NCBI GenBank assembly: GCA_965219415.1
Contig: CBDCNP010000002.1
Coordinates: 832,001-896,000, forward strand
DNA length: 64,000 nucleotides
Direction: 5' to 3'
From: Candidatus Marinacidobacterales bacterium
GTDB taxonomy: Bacteria; Acidobacteriota; Vicinamibacteria; Marinacidobacterales; DATDRI01
Shown here: positions 21,110 through 33,616 of the stretch, one piece after another
Numbering within the stretch: position 1 is the first letter of the stretch
Layout: every line of letters starts with the position of its first letter
The notes under the pieces: model-generated
Databases searched by the model: none
Seen by the model: the letters and a program-made list of their open reading frames with translations, nothing else
What the model was told of the DNA's origin: nothing
Translations under genes and position numbers: made by a program

Positions 21110-22156
21110 AAAGCCACCCAGGCCATTCTCGACCACTTGTCGGCGCTGACCGATCCCGTCCGCTGCCGCATCCTGCTCCTGCTCGAACAACATGAGCTCA
21201 CGGTCGGCGAGCTCTGCTCGGTAGTTCAACTTCCCCAGTCCACGGTCAGCCGCCACCTGAAGACACTCGGCGAGTCCGGTTGGGTTGTGTCCCGACGAGA
21301 CGGGACGAGTCATTTTTACTATCTTCCGGACGGTGTCGAGGGATCCGCTCTGCCCCAATTGTGGAATATCGTCCGAGGAGAGATCGCGGAAACCCCCGCC
21401 GCAATACAAGACTTCAAGCGACTCGAGAGCGCGTGGGCCGCGCGGCGGACCAAATCACAGGAGTTCTTCGCTTCTGCGGCCGGGGAATGGGACCGACTCC
21501 GTACCGAGCTTTTCGGAGAACACTTTTACTCTCACTCGCTCTTGGCGCTCCTCGATCGCAGTTGGGTAGTGGGAGACTTGGGCTGTGGCACAGGGCAAGT
21601 GACGGAACTCTTAGCCCCATTCGTCGAACGCGTAGTGGCCATCGATGGTTCCGCCGAGATGCTGAGCGCGGCGCGGGCACGCTTGCGAAAACACAAGAAC
21701 GTGATCCTTCGCAAAGGCGTTTTGGAGAAGGTCCCAATTCAGGACGCTTCGCTCGATGCTGCCGTGCTCATGTTGGTATTGCATCATCTGCCGGATCCAA
21801 TTGCCGTTCTCAGCGAGGCTCGGCGCGTGTTGCGCCCGGGAGGCAAGTTGCTGATCGTCGACATGTACCCCCACCAGCGGGAGGAGTATAGACACCAAAT
21901 GGGACATGTCTGGCTCGGGTTTTCGGAACAGACGATGAAGAAACATCTTGCCGCGGCCGGTTTCGACGTCGGCGCCATCCATTCGCTTTCGCCCGAGGTG
22001 GACGCGATGGGTCCGACCCTCTTCGCTACCGTCGCATACAGAAGGTGTGCGCGGCCTCAAAGGGCGGACTCGCTTTCGAAAGACGGAAGAACTCGCCAAG
22101 GAAACGGCGTGATGATAGACACGTACCACTTGAACCCTTTAGTCTGGAGGAACTAG
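21107..22156 (+). CDS. sahR: ArsR-HTH + SAM-binding methyltransferase-fold regulator (SahR type)
   Basis: ArsR HTH (LTVGELC...QSTVSRHLK), SQEFF...AGEWD linker, DLGCGTG; immediately upstream of ahcY. Confidence 0.8.
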   Translation: MKATQAILDHLSALTDPVRCRILLLLEQHELTVGELCSVVQLPQSTVSRHLKTLGESGWVVSRRDGTSHFYYLPDGVEGSALPQLWNIVRGEIAETPAAIQDFKRLESAWAARRTKSQEFFASAAGEWDRLRTELFGEHFYSHSLLALLDRSWVVGDLGCGTGQVTELLAPFVERVVAIDGSAEMLSAARARLRKHKNVILRKGVLEKVPIQDASLDAAVLMLVLHHLPDPIAVLSEARRVLRPGGKLLIVDMYPHQREEYRHQMGHVWLGFSEQTMKKHLAAAGFDVGAIHSLSPEVDAMGPTLFATVAYRRCARPQRADSLSKDGRTRQGNGVMIDTYHLNPLVWRN

Positions 22157-22159
22157 CTC

Positions 22160-23662
<1,503 letters not shown>

Positions 23663-23746
23663 AGTTAGTCCCGTTCCCAGCGCGCAAACGTGCTGGGAAC
23701 GGGTTTCCTTCCATCGACCAACGCGCTGCCACGCCACAAGAGCGCT

Positions 23747-24241
23747 CTACAGACCCATGACCGCTATGTGCAGCTTTCGCAGCAGCCGAGTCAGCATAGC
23801 CCTCTCCCTGCGCGGCAGCCCGGCGATGATTCTGGCTTCGTTGGAGGCGTGATCGGGGAGGGCCGCGTCGATCTTCCTGCGTCCCGCTCCGGTGAGCTCG
23901 ATCAGCACGACTCGCCCGTCGTTCGAATCGGGGGCTCTCCGAATCAGGCCTTTGGCTTCTAGGCGGTCAATCCTGTTCGTGACGGCGCCGGAAGTGATCA
24001 TCATCGCAGAGAGCAACTGTCCTGCCGTCAGCTGGTGTGGATGCCCGGATCGACGCAGTGTCGCCAGCACGTCAAACTCCCAGGGCACCAGGTTGTGCTT
24101 GGCGAAAACCCGCTTCAACTGTGGCGCGATCATCCTCTCCAATCGGCTTACCCGACCGATGATTCCGATCGCAGAGGTGTCTACGTCGGGTCGCTCACGC
24201 CTCCATTGCTCGAGGATGGTGTCGACGGCATCCCGCTCCAT
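23747..24241 (-). CDS. MarR-family regulator, UrtR/TamR/PecS subfamily
   Basis: DAVD.I..QW.RERPD N-terminal extension, EFDVLATLRRSG, SGAVTNRIDRLE, D.R; carries the W/D/R/R residues typical of UrtR proteins. Confidence 0.85.
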   Translation of the reverse strand: MERDAVDTILEQWRRERPDVDTSAIGIIGRVSRLERMIAPQLKRVFAKHNLVPWEFDVLATLRRSGHPHQLTAGQLLSAMMITSGAVTNRIDRLEAKGLIRRAPDSNDGRVVLIELTGAGRRKIDAALPDHASNEARIIAGLPRRERAMLTRLLRKLHIAVMGL

Positions 24242-24262
24242 TGCGCCGACAGGGTATCACGA

Positions 24263-24315
24263 TTTCTCTTGACATTGAGATATTCGTCGCCTATGATTAT
24301 CTTTATGTTAAGAGA
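24263..24315 (+). promoter_or_regulatory. Sigma70 promoter (TTGACA-17-TATGAT) with two UrtR/TamR-like palindromic operators
   Basis: -35 at 24269-24274 and -10 at 24292-24297; sites TCTCTTGACATTGAGATA and TATCTTTATGTTAAGAGA fit a TATCTT-N6-AAGATA type palindrome. Confidence 0.75.
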
Positions 24316-24316
24316 A

Positions 24317-24859
24317 ATGTCAAGAGCGATTCTAGATCAATCGTTAGGGCGGCGGCAGGTCTTCGGCAAGATCGCCGGCTTTTTTGCGGCGTTTTGGGCC
24401 GGAGGGGCGTCCGGCGAAACCTCACCCCCCGGTCGAATCTCAATGAGGGAGCGCAGGGTTGTGGTCAACGAGCTCAGGTTCGCGATCACGTCGGAGGACT
24501 TCGACACGACCGTTCGCCTATATCGGGACATCCTCGGACTAAAACAGATAGCGGACTGGGGAGGTGAACACGGCGAGGGTATTCTTCTCGAGGTGCCGTC
24601 GGCGACGCTCGAGATCCTCTCCAAAAAGCGTGCCGCCTACGTCGACCGCATCGAAGTAGGACGTGCGACCGGCGCCAGGGTTCGCCTCGCAGCGTCCGTG
24701 CAGGAGGTCGACAGCCTGGCCGCGGAGATCGAAGCGACAGGAGTTGGAAAGCCCCTCTCATCGCCCAGGATCACGCCATGGGGAGACCGGAACCTCCGTA
24801 TCAACACGGGGGATGACATTCAGCTGACGCTCTTCGCCCCCTCGCCCCCAAACGAGTAG
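24317..24859 (+). CDS. VOC/glyoxalase-family protein with twin-arginine-like N-terminus
   Basis: ELRFAI...DFD...LYRDILGL, ATLEI, TPWGDRNLR, QLTLF; leader LGRRQVFGKIAGFFAAFWAGGASG. Confidence 0.8.
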   Translation: MSRAILDQSLGRRQVFGKIAGFFAAFWAGGASGETSPPGRISMRERRVVVNELRFAITSEDFDTTVRLYRDILGLKQIADWGGEHGEGILLEVPSATLEILSKKRAAYVDRIEVGRATGARVRLAASVQEVDSLAAEIEATGVGKPLSSPRITPWGDRNLRINTGDDIQLTLFAPSPPNE

Positions 24860-24916
24860 CGGGCGAATACGAGTCCAATTACAAGGCTCGCCGCCGGTCC
24901 CGTATAATCACCGCCC

Positions 24917-25186
24917 ATGTCCAAGTCCGTGAAACTCACCATCACCGCGGCCTTCCTCGCTCTCATGGCCTACGTGGTGCTCTCCTCGCTCGGTCTCAGT
25001 AAGGCAAGCTGCGAAGTCTGCATGAACTTCAAGGGACGGGAATCCTGCCGCACCGCTCACGCCGCGACCAATGAGGAGGCGATCGTGGCCGCCCGCAACA
25101 ACGCGTGCGCCCGCATCACGAACGGCAGGACGGAGAACATTCTCTGCGGCGGTACCCAGCCAAAGAGCATTCGCTGCTCGGACTAG
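24917..25186 (+). CDS. Small membrane-anchored/secreted six-cysteine protein
   Basis: Hydrophobic N-terminal helix, then CEVC and four more Cys; TATAAT at 24903-24908 just upstream of the ATG. Confidence 0.75.
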   Translation: MSKSVKLTITAAFLALMAYVVLSSLGLSKASCEVCMNFKGRESCRTAHAATNEEAIVAARNNACARITNGRTENILCGGTQPKSIRCSD

Positions 25187-25303
25187 TCCCCGTTACTTCG
25201 ATACGTCCCTCACCGTCGATCGCCCCGAGCGCGGGCCTCTTGGGACCCGCGCTCTGATTCAAGGCATGCCTCCCTGCCTCACGCAGATCGACAAACCGGC
25301 GAA

Positions 25304-25960
25304 CTAGGCGGCGGCCCTCAAGGAACGGAGCACCTCGTCCGTGGTGAGGACGGCGCTGGCGAGGAACCCGAAGTTGGTCAGAGCCGACGCGTACCCATCG
25401 CCGAGCTCCGGATGCTTCGCGGCGGCGGTAGCGTCCTTGACCACCGAGACCTCGAAGCCCTGCTCCAAGAGCTCGCGCAGATGGCTCTCCAGGCACAAGT
25501 TGGCCGACATCCCGGCGAGCAACACCTTGGAGATGCCACGTTTGCGAAGCTGCAACGCAAGGTCGTTGCTCTCAGGGCCATACACCTTGTGAGGACTCAC
25601 GACGACGGTGTCGCCGTCTTCCATGTAGGGCTTGTAGACGTCCAGCCAATCGGCGCCCGAGCCGGCGAAACCATCCATCGTAAGGGCTCCGGTGCGATCG
25701 AACATGTTGATCTCGTGCATCATCTTTTCGACGGTCCCACCGAACTGCCAGCTGTGGTCGGTCGGGTAGTAGTAGTGGGGCGATACGAAGACCGGACAGC
25801 CCGCTTGCTTCGCGGCCTTCAGAAGCTCCTCGATGTGCTCGACCGTCCGGTTCTCTTTCACGCTTTCGCCGACGAGGCCCCATGTCACGCCCGAGGGGCT
25901 CAAGAAATCGTTCTGCGGATCCGTGATGACGAGGCCAGTGTCCCGACTTGTAATATCCAT
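25304..25960 (-). CDS. Cysteine hydrolase (isochorismatase family)
   Basis: LVITDPQNDF, SPHKVYG, AGMSANLC (Asp-Lys-Cys triad); AGGAG RBS. Confidence 0.9.
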   Translation of the reverse strand: MDITSRDTGLVITDPQNDFLSPSGVTWGLVGESVKENRTVEHIEELLKAAKQAGCPVFVSPHYYYPTDHSWQFGGTVEKMMHEINMFDRTGALTMDGFAGSGADWLDVYKPYMEDGDTVVVSPHKVYGPESNDLALQLRKRGISKVLLAGMSANLCLESHLRELLEQGFEVSVVKDATAAAKHPELGDGYASALTNFGFLASAVLTTDEVLRSLRAAA

Positions 25961-26156
25961 GACTCTCCTCCTACCTGGTTTAGGGTTGGATTCGTTTTGT
26001 TCCGTCTTCACCATGGTGTAAAGATGCCATCCTGGGTGTGCGATTGGGTCCGGATGAGGTGCTAAATCGTCTCGAAACTACGGGATGGGGCGGCAAGCCG
26101 GAAGTGCCATCCGTTTACGAATTGAAGCACCAAGCCCGCATGAACTAAGATGCCTC

Positions 26157-27059
26157 GTGCTCATCGAGCGACTCTTCCAAAACCTGGCACTCAGTGTCGA
26201 GCCTTTCGCAACTTGCCACGTAGCACCCGGATGGCGGCTCCAGCTCCCCATCCGCGACTGGGTGATCTTTCATTTCATCTTGCAGGGTGAGGGCGGGCTT
26301 CGAGTCGGCTCCGGCGAAGTCCTCCCGCTGCGGCCGGACTGCCTCGGAATCATGCCGCCGCGTCTAACTCATTCCATCGAGAGCGGTTCTGATGTGCAAC
26401 ATGAGAGCTCGGTACGGGGCGACGAGCCCGGTGCTCCGATTTGTCGGCTCGGCGCGGGCCCCTCCGAGGATGTAGGCGTCGTGGTGGCCTGCGGTCGCAT
26501 CCAGGTAACGTACGGCGGTGGCGGACCGGGCTTATTTGACCGCCTTGAGGAGGCGATCGTCCTCGATTTCTCCGACTCGCCACCCATGCGCACCACGTTC
26601 GAGTCCTTGGTCGCGGAGTTCGGAACCGGTGAGCCGGGCAGCAGTGCGATGATGACGGCCCTCATGAACCAGTGCCTCATCTCAGTGTTCCGACGACTAA
26701 GCGATCAGTCAGACCAGCTACCTTGGCTTGATGCACTCGAAGACCCGAACCTCGCACGCGTTCTCGACGCGATCCTGGAGAAGCCCGAGCGTCCCCATTC
26801 CCTGGAATCGCTTGCCGAGCTCGCGAACATGAGCCGCTCGGTCTTCGCGAGGCGGTTCCACGAGTGCTTCGACCGCACCCCCATGGATTACCTGCGCGAC
26901 GTCCGGCTACGACGGGCCGCCCGGCTGTTGCAACGCGCCGATCTCTCAGTGAACGACGTCGCTAGCAAAGTGGGATTTGCCAGCCGCAGCCATTTCTCGC
27001 ATGCGTTCCGCGATCACTTCGGTTGTGCACCGGCGGAGTTTCGCGAAGCGCCGGGATAA
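26157..27059 (+). CDS. AraC-family regulator with cupin N-domain (RclR-like)
   Basis: FHFILQG cupin region; LAELANMSRSVFARRF, TPMDYL, VGFASRSHFSHAF HTH; divergent from the cysteine hydrolase. Confidence 0.9.
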   Translation: MLIERLFQNLALSVEPFATCHVAPGWRLQLPIRDWVIFHFILQGEGGLRVGSGEVLPLRPDCLGIMPPRLTHSIESGSDVQHESSVRGDEPGAPICRLGAGPSEDVGVVVACGRIQVTYGGGGPGLFDRLEEAIVLDFSDSPPMRTTFESLVAEFGTGEPGSSAMMTALMNQCLISVFRRLSDQSDQLPWLDALEDPNLARVLDAILEKPERPHSLESLAELANMSRSVFARRFHECFDRTPMDYLRDVRLRRAARLLQRADLSVNDVASKVGFASRSHFSHAFRDHFGCAPAEFREAPG

Positions 27060-27122
27060 TACCGGGCCATCGGCCCGAGCACCGCTCCCTGGTATAAAAC
27101 CTACTTCTTAGGAAGGAAGAGA

Positions 27123-28602
27123 ATGAAAACATTTCGGCAGGTGTTCGCTCTTCTGTTGTCGGCTCTGCTGTGGGGCCCAGTTGTTGCACATGCCCAATCG
27201 ACAGAGTCCCTCGAGCTCGTGATTTCCGGCGGGCGGGTCATGGATCCAGAAACCGGACTCGATGCAATACGGAACGTCGGCATCGCTAACGGCTCGATCG
27301 TTGCGATAACCGAAGAGGCTCTCGACGGACAAGAGAACACTGACGCAACCGGGCTGGTCGTTGCGCCCGGCTTCATCGATCTTCATGCCCACGGCCAGGA
27401 TCCGGTAAGCAATCGTCTTCAAGCCGCGGACGGTGTGACCACGGCCTTGGAAATGGAAGTCGGAGTCTATCCAGTCGGCGCGTGGATTGCCTCACGCGAA
27501 GGCGAGGCGCTCATCAACTATGGGGCGACCGCTGGGCACTGGGCGGCTCGAGCCAAGCTCATGGACGGGATCAACCTCAAACACCTCCCCACCCTCCCCC
27601 CCGAGGAGCAGGCCGAGCTCAATAAGGGCGAGCACGCCTACAAGGAAGCATCCGACGACGAGCTCGACAAGCTCGCTGCAATGCTCGCGAAGGGACTCGA
27701 TGACGGAGGGCTCGGACTAGGCTTCGGCATTACGTATACTCCTGGAGCTTCCCGCTTCGAGATCCTCCGGTTGTGGGAGTTGGCCGCCGATCGAGGTGTC
27801 GCCGTCTATGTCCACCTTCGCGGAGAGAGCTCCGGCGGAACCTTGGGAAAGTTTCAGGAGGCGATCTCCAACGCCGCCTCGACAGGAGTTTCGGTTCACA
27901 TCGTTCATATGAACAGCAGCGCTGGAAAAGATGCGAAAGTTGACTCTCGGAATGATCCGGGGCGCGAGGGAGAGAGGGTTCGACGTGACCACCGAGTCCT
28001 ATCCTTACACCGCGAGCTCGACGTATATCCAGTCGGCCTATTTCGACTCCTGGGAGGGGCTCACCGACGAGGACTACCAGCGGCTTCAGTGGCCCGAAAC
28101 CGGTGAGCGCCTGACGGCCGCAACCTTCAGGGAGTATCGCGACCAGGGAGGTGCGGTCATCATCCACGGACGCTCAGAGAAGACCAATGAGTGGATCGTC
28201 GCCCAGCCAGACGTCATAGTGGCAAGCGACGGTATTCCCTACCTCTACGGGCCGGCGCACCCGCGCGGCGCCGGCACTTTCTCAAGGGTTCTCGGTCACT
28301 ACGTGCGCGAGCGCAGGTCGCTGTCTCTGATGGAAGCTCTCCGGAAGATGACGCTCCTGCCAGCTCAGCGGCTCGAAGGTGTTTCCGCGCAAATGAAAAA
28401 GAAGGGCCGTGTTCAGGTGGGTGCAGACGCCGATCTAACCGTCTTCGATCCCGAAAAGATCATCGACCGGGCCAATTACACGCGCGGAGACGCGCCTTCG
28501 GGTGGAATCATTCACGTTTTGGTCGGTGGAACGTTCGTTGTGCGTGGTTCCCAAATCGTCGATGGAGCCTCGCCGGGCCGGGCTATCCGCGGCTCCAATT
28601 AG
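27123..28602 (+). pseudogene. Secreted amidohydrolase (N-acyl-D-amino-acid deacylase-like), one frameshift
   Basis: Signal peptide, APGFIDLHAH, DGVTT, YVHLR, TTESYPY, ASDG, HPRGAGTF, KGRVQVGADADLTVFD; frame change near 27935. Confidence 0.85.
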
Positions 28603-28626
28603 TGGCTTCTTGAAGATCGCGAACGC

Positions 28627-28986
28627 CTAGTAGAACGAATCACTGTGGCCCCAGTGCTCGACGACTTTACCCTCGTCGATGCGGAAAATCGCCGTAGCAC
28701 GCATGGTTTTTTCCCGATGGCGCCGTTTCTTGTTCCCGTTGTAGGTGGCGCGGATTCGGGCCGCCACCCGGTTCCCTTCGGCGACGATATCCTCTACCAC
28801 GAACTCGATATCCGGATAGGCGGTCTTGAACTGCGCGAGCATGCGTCTTAGCCCCTCGCGATCGCCCCAACGACTATGGTCTACATAGGTCTCGGCTACA
28901 AACTCATCCAAACGCGCGAGCTCCCTTCCGTAGACGCTCTCGACCAACTCACGGACCAACTCCTTGTTTTGCTCCGACATCGTCAC
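28627..28986 (-). CDS. SnoaL-like / ester cyclase (NTF2-fold) protein
   Basis: SEQNKELVR, YVDH, AYPDIEF, IVAEGNRV, FRIDEGKVVEHW. Confidence 0.85.
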   Translation of the reverse strand: MTMSEQNKELVRELVESVYGRELARLDEFVAETYVDHSRWGDREGLRRMLAQFKTAYPDIEFVVEDIVAEGNRVAARIRATYNGNKKRRHREKTMRATAIFRIDEGKVVEHWGHSDSFY

Positions 28987-29849
28987 TGTAGCCTCCTCAG
29001 CGAACCTCCGTTCGAACCGAGCCAGGTAAACTGAACTCCCCCACCACCCGGCGCGAACATCGGACCGATCGCGAAACGATGGTCCGCGATGCCGATGGTC
29101 ACGGTGCGACCCACCATGATCCCAATGGCGGCACCGAAGATGACGTCACTCAAGTAGTGACGAGCCTCATTCACGCGTGAGCCCGCGACGTAACCCGCCA
29201 CCGCGTACGCCGGAACCCCGACTTTCCATCCGTATCGCCGTTGCAGCACGGTGGCCGTCGCGAAGGTGCCGGAAGAGTGGCCCGAAGGAAAAGACGTTTG
29301 GCTCGAGCCATCGGGGCGCTCCCGTCCGACCGCCTTCTTGATCCCGAACGTGATCGTTCCCGTCACAATCTGAGCTCGCACGAGATCCCGCCCCAAAGAC
29401 GCCACCTCGGGCGCCTTAAACAACTTCCCTAGCCCGTAGGTCGCAAAGGCGGCTCCGGCTTGAAACCAACCATCGCCGAGAATTTCGCCGGATTCGAAGA
29501 TGGGATCGAGAGCTCCGCCTGGGCTGAGCTCGGAATTGAAACCGCTCGACGCGACATCTTGGTCGAAATGACTCGCACCCCACGCCGCGCCGATACCCGC
29601 ACCCATGGTCACGAGATTTTCCTTGGTAGTGAAAACGTTTTTGAAATCGACGCCGATCTGAAGAAAAAGGTTTCGTGAATCCCGCTCATGCTCTTCCCGG
29701 CTGGGTTTCGGGGAGATCTTTTCCCCGTGCGACTCGTATCGTGGGACGAAAAACGGGTCGACGTTGTCGTCCCCCATCGCCGGTGAGCTCGCAATACTCA
29801 GTAGGCCCAGCACGACCAAAAACCAACCCCAGTGAGGTGTCCGTTTCAT
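28983..29849 (-). CDS. PAP2-family phosphatase (secreted/membrane)
   Basis: Own signal peptide from MKRTPHWG; motifs KKAVGRERP, SFPSGHS, SRVNEARHYLSDV. Confidence 0.85.
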   Translation of the reverse strand: MKRTPHWGWFLVVLGLLSIASSPAMGDDNVDPFFVPRYESHGEKISPKPSREEHERDSRNLFLQIGVDFKNVFTTKENLVTMGAGIGAAWGASHFDQDVASSGFNSELSPGGALDPIFESGEILGDGWFQAGAAFATYGLGKLFKAPEVASLGRDLVRAQIVTGTITFGIKKAVGRERPDGSSQTSFPSGHSSGTFATATVLQRRYGWKVGVPAYAVAGYVAGSRVNEARHYLSDVIFGAAIGIMVGRTVTIGIADHRFAIGPMFAPGGGGVQFTWLGSNGGSLRRLQ

Positions 29850-31307
29850 GATGCCCCCTTTCTCCTTCGTCACGACCTTTGACTCGGCCGAAAAGACCAG
29901 GGTGAACTCCGTCCCTTCACCCCAGGCGACTCCTAGCCGAAAGCTCCGCACCGTGCAGCTCTGCGATACGCTTGGCGATCGAAAGTCCAGTCCGAGGTTC
30001 CCCCCCTCGCGAGTCCTCGACGAATCCGCCCGATAGAGCCGATCGAAGACGAGTCCTATTGCCTCTTCTGGAATTCCTTCTCCTGTATCCCTGACACCCA
30101 ACCGAATGCCGTCTGAATCCCGCTGGAGCGCAACCGTGATGCGCCCTTCGTCGGTGTGGGCCACAGCGTTCTCGAGAAGCGAGGCGAGCATCCGGTGAAG
30201 GGATGGTTCGTTCCCGGTGACCACCGTGACTCCATCGGGTACGGTGACCTCGAGCGTTAGCCCCTTCGACTCGACCTCCCTCTCGAACTGGTGGCAGACT
30301 TGGACCACAAGCCCGGAGAGATCCACGTCGGACATCGAGACCGGGCGCGTTTGTGCCCCTTCGCGCGAAAGGGACAGAAGCACCTCGATGAGCTGGCTGA
30401 GACGGTTCGCCTCGGCTTCGATGTCTTTGAGATCTGAGCGATACTCTTCTTCGGTTCTGCCATGTCTCAGCGCGAGTTCGGCGGTGGTTCGGATCACCGA
30501 GATCGGCGTTCGAAGCTCGTGTGAGGCGTCCGCGCTGAATTGCTCGATCTTTGCGACGGAGCTCTCGAGGCGATCGAGCATCGCGTTGAAGGCTCGCGAA
30601 AGCCGTTCGAGCGCGTCGCCCGTCTCGTGTACGGTAATGCGTTTGTCTAGGTTTCCGACGGAGATGCCGGAGGCGGATTCGCTGATTTCATTTATCGGGT
30701 TCAAAGCCTTGCGAGCGATGTAGAACCCTCCGCCGCAGCTCAGCAGGAGTGCCGTCGGTGCCGCGACGAGAAGCGACATGAGCATCCGGTCGCGAATCGC
30801 GCTCAAGCTCTCCAGGGAGCTGGCCAGAAGAACTGCGTACGACCCGTCCCCCAACACGACTTCTTCGATAAGGACACGATGGGGCACGGACGAGACGTGA
30901 GTCGTATACAAGATCGGCTCGGGTCCCCCACGCCGCCATGGAATCGGTGGAGGATCGGCTCCGTCAGGCGGGAAGATCTGCTCTTCACCTTCGTCTCGAA
31001 TCTGAGTCATGCGACCCTCGGGAAATGCCAGAACGTATTCGACCAGGTCTTCTTCAATCTCCCGACGGGGCTCTTCGAGCTCGTCGCGGTCGTCATCAGT
31101 CTCGTCGTCGTCGTCCTCCTCCTCGATCTCCGTAGACACGACGGCGACCAGCCTCTCGACTCGTTGATGGAGTCGATCGTCGATCGCCGCTCGAACGGCA
31201 TACCGCACCGCCATCCACAGAACGAGAGACAGAGCCAAGAAACCGACGAAGAGCATCGTCGCGTACCAGGCGGTGAGTCGAAACTCGAGCGAACGCCGGG
31301 GCTTCAC
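29850..31307 (-). CDS. CusS-like sensor histidine kinase (HAMP-HisKA-HATPase); tail garbled and read into PAP2
   Basis: Two TMs, HAMP, FSADASHELRTP H-box, LLENA, DTGEGI, FDRLYR; the G2 box GLGLSIAK is present only in a shifted frame. Confidence 0.8.
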
Positions 31308-31982
31308 GGCTCGGTTTCTTTCAGGCAGAAACCGACTCCTCGAATGGTGTGAATCAGCGGCGGGTCGCTGGGGCGGTCAACCTTGCGACGCAAGGTACTC
31401 ACGAACACGTCGACCGTGTTCCACTCGACGTCGGATTCGTGACCCCAAACATTCTCGATCATCGCTTCGCGGGTCAACACCATCCCGGCACGTCGAGTCA
31501 AAAGCTCGAGGAGCTGAAATTCCCGGGGGGTTAGGCTCAGCTCGCGCTTGCCACGCCAAGCCTTGTGGGAGGCAGGATCCACCCGCAAGTCGCCGACGGT
31601 CAGGATCGCGCGGCGTGGCGCTGGACCACGACGCGCCGCCGCTCGCACTCGAGCCAGAAGCTCATCGAACGAAAAAGGTTTGGTCGGGTAATCGTCGGCG
31701 CCGGTATCGAGTCCCGGTGACGATGTCGGTCGATGCATCGCGCGCAGTTAGCATGAGGATCGGCGTCTGACACCCCCTCTCCCTTAGCCTCCGAGCAACC
31801 TTGAACCCGTCCATCACCGGGAGCATCACATCCAAAATGACCACGTCGAAGGCATGCGACACCGCCACGTCGAGCCCCTCCGATCCGTCCGCCGCAAGCG
31901 TGATGGTGTGCCCCTCCCGCTTCAGGCCTCGCTCCAGGAGTGCCGCCATCCGCGCGTCGTCCTCGACGATGAGAATCTGCAC
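31304..31982 (-). pseudogene. OmpR/CusR-family response regulator, one frameshift
   Basis: ILIVEDD, ILDVMLP, ILMLTARD in one frame; GADDY.TKPF, LTPREF, IHTIRGVGF in another; shift near 31715. Confidence 0.9.
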
Positions 31983-32009
31983 ATCCTCAGTCTATAGAAA
32001 ACGGTGCGC

Positions 32010-33609
32010 AAACGAGGTGTCCTACGTTCAGCCCGGAGGAAGCTCCGGCGAGTTTGCCGCCATCGAATACATCGTCGAGACGCTCGAAGCCGATGGAATC
32101 CCGGTCGAGGTCATGGAATTCTCCGCCTATGTCAGCGACCCGATGCGCTGTGAGGCCAGATTGAAAACTCAAGGCGCGGAGCCCATCACGTGTCTCACTC
32201 AAGCCCTGGCCGAGCCAACAGACGAAGGTGATTTGAGCGGCCGGCTCGTCGATTGCGGAACAGGCACGGTTACCGATTACCAGCGCGTCGACGTTAAGGG
32301 GAAGATCGCCTTGGTGGAAGCACTAGCCTACCCCCCCCGCGTCGACGCCGCGGTTGTATTCTCTTCGCCCACCGATAAGCTTCATGAGCTCACGGTGAGC
32401 ACGATCTGGGGTACGCCCACACACAAGAACTACCAACGCCTTCCCGACATACCGAGCATCGCGATTAGTAAAAAGGACGGCAACGCTCTTAGATCTATGC
32501 TCACCTCGGAATCGGTGGAGCTCTGGCTCGAGACCGAGGTCGATGCAGGCTTCAGACCGCTACGGCTACCGATCGCCTCGATCACGAGCGAGAAGGATCC
32601 CGAAGTCTTTGTTCTCTTGGGGGGCCATATCGACGCCTGGCATCACGGCGCGAACGACGAAGGCGCGTCCAACGCCGCCATGTTGGAGCTTGCACGGATC
32701 TTCTATCGGCATCGCGGCGAGCTCGAGCGCAGTCTCAAAGTCGCCTGGTGGCCCGCCCACTCGAACGGACGCTACGCCGGCTCCACGTGGTATGCCGATT
32801 CGGCATGGCTCGACCTCCGGCAAAACGCTCTCGCCTACATGAACGTCGACGGACTAGGTCAAATGGGGACCGCTCGCTACGAGGTCTGGAGCACCGCCGA
32901 GATGGACCGACTAGCGCGAGCCGTCCTCGAAGATGTGGCCAACGTTGAGCTCGAACCGGATCGGCCGGCTCGAAACTCGGATCAGAGTTTCTACGCGGTG
33001 GGCCTCCCGCTCCTTCAATTCCATCAACGGCGTAGCGAGGGAGGGGCGGGTTATTGGTGGTGGCACACACCGGAGGATACGATCGACAAGGTCGACTTCG
33101 AGGTCTTGACCGAAGCGACCGGTGTCTACGCATCGGCGCTTTGGCGCCTATTGAGCTCGCCGACTCCCCCCATCGACCTACCCGCCGTCACGCAAGAACT
33201 GCGAGAGCTCCTCGAGGAAAGACAACGGATCGCCGGCGAACACTTAGACTTGAGCCGCGCCTTGGAGCGCACCGACGAGCTACACGAGCTCATGCTGGGA
33301 CTGCGGCGGGACCTTCGCTCGAAGACACCGAGCAATCCTCAGCCCGAGGTTGCGCGGTCCCTGGTTCGCATCGTGCGCCCCCTGATCCGGGTGCGGTATC
33401 AGGAACGAGGCCCCTATCACCAGGATCTCGCCGTCTCTATTCCGATTCTCCCCGGACTTGCCACACTCGAGTCCATCGGGGAGCTCGATCCCACGAGCGA
33501 TCTTTACGGGTTTACCAGAACCTATTTGAATCGCGAGCTCAACCGGCTACTGGATCACATCGATCAATCCATTACAGAGGCGACGGCGCTAAGGCGACGA
33601 CTTCGGTAA
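32010..33609 (+). pseudogene. M28-family peptidase with PA domain, N-terminally truncated
   Basis: DVKGKIALV (PA domain), GGHIDAW, GANDEGAS, YMNVD, WWHTPEDTIDKVD; no start or signal peptide, and it abuts the divergent regulator's start. Confidence 0.75.
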
Positions 33610-33616
33610 GCGAGCC

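Noticed and set aside
31801-32010. N-terminal part of the 602-aa M28 ORF
   Set aside because: It is the antisense of the response regulator and not peptidase sequence.
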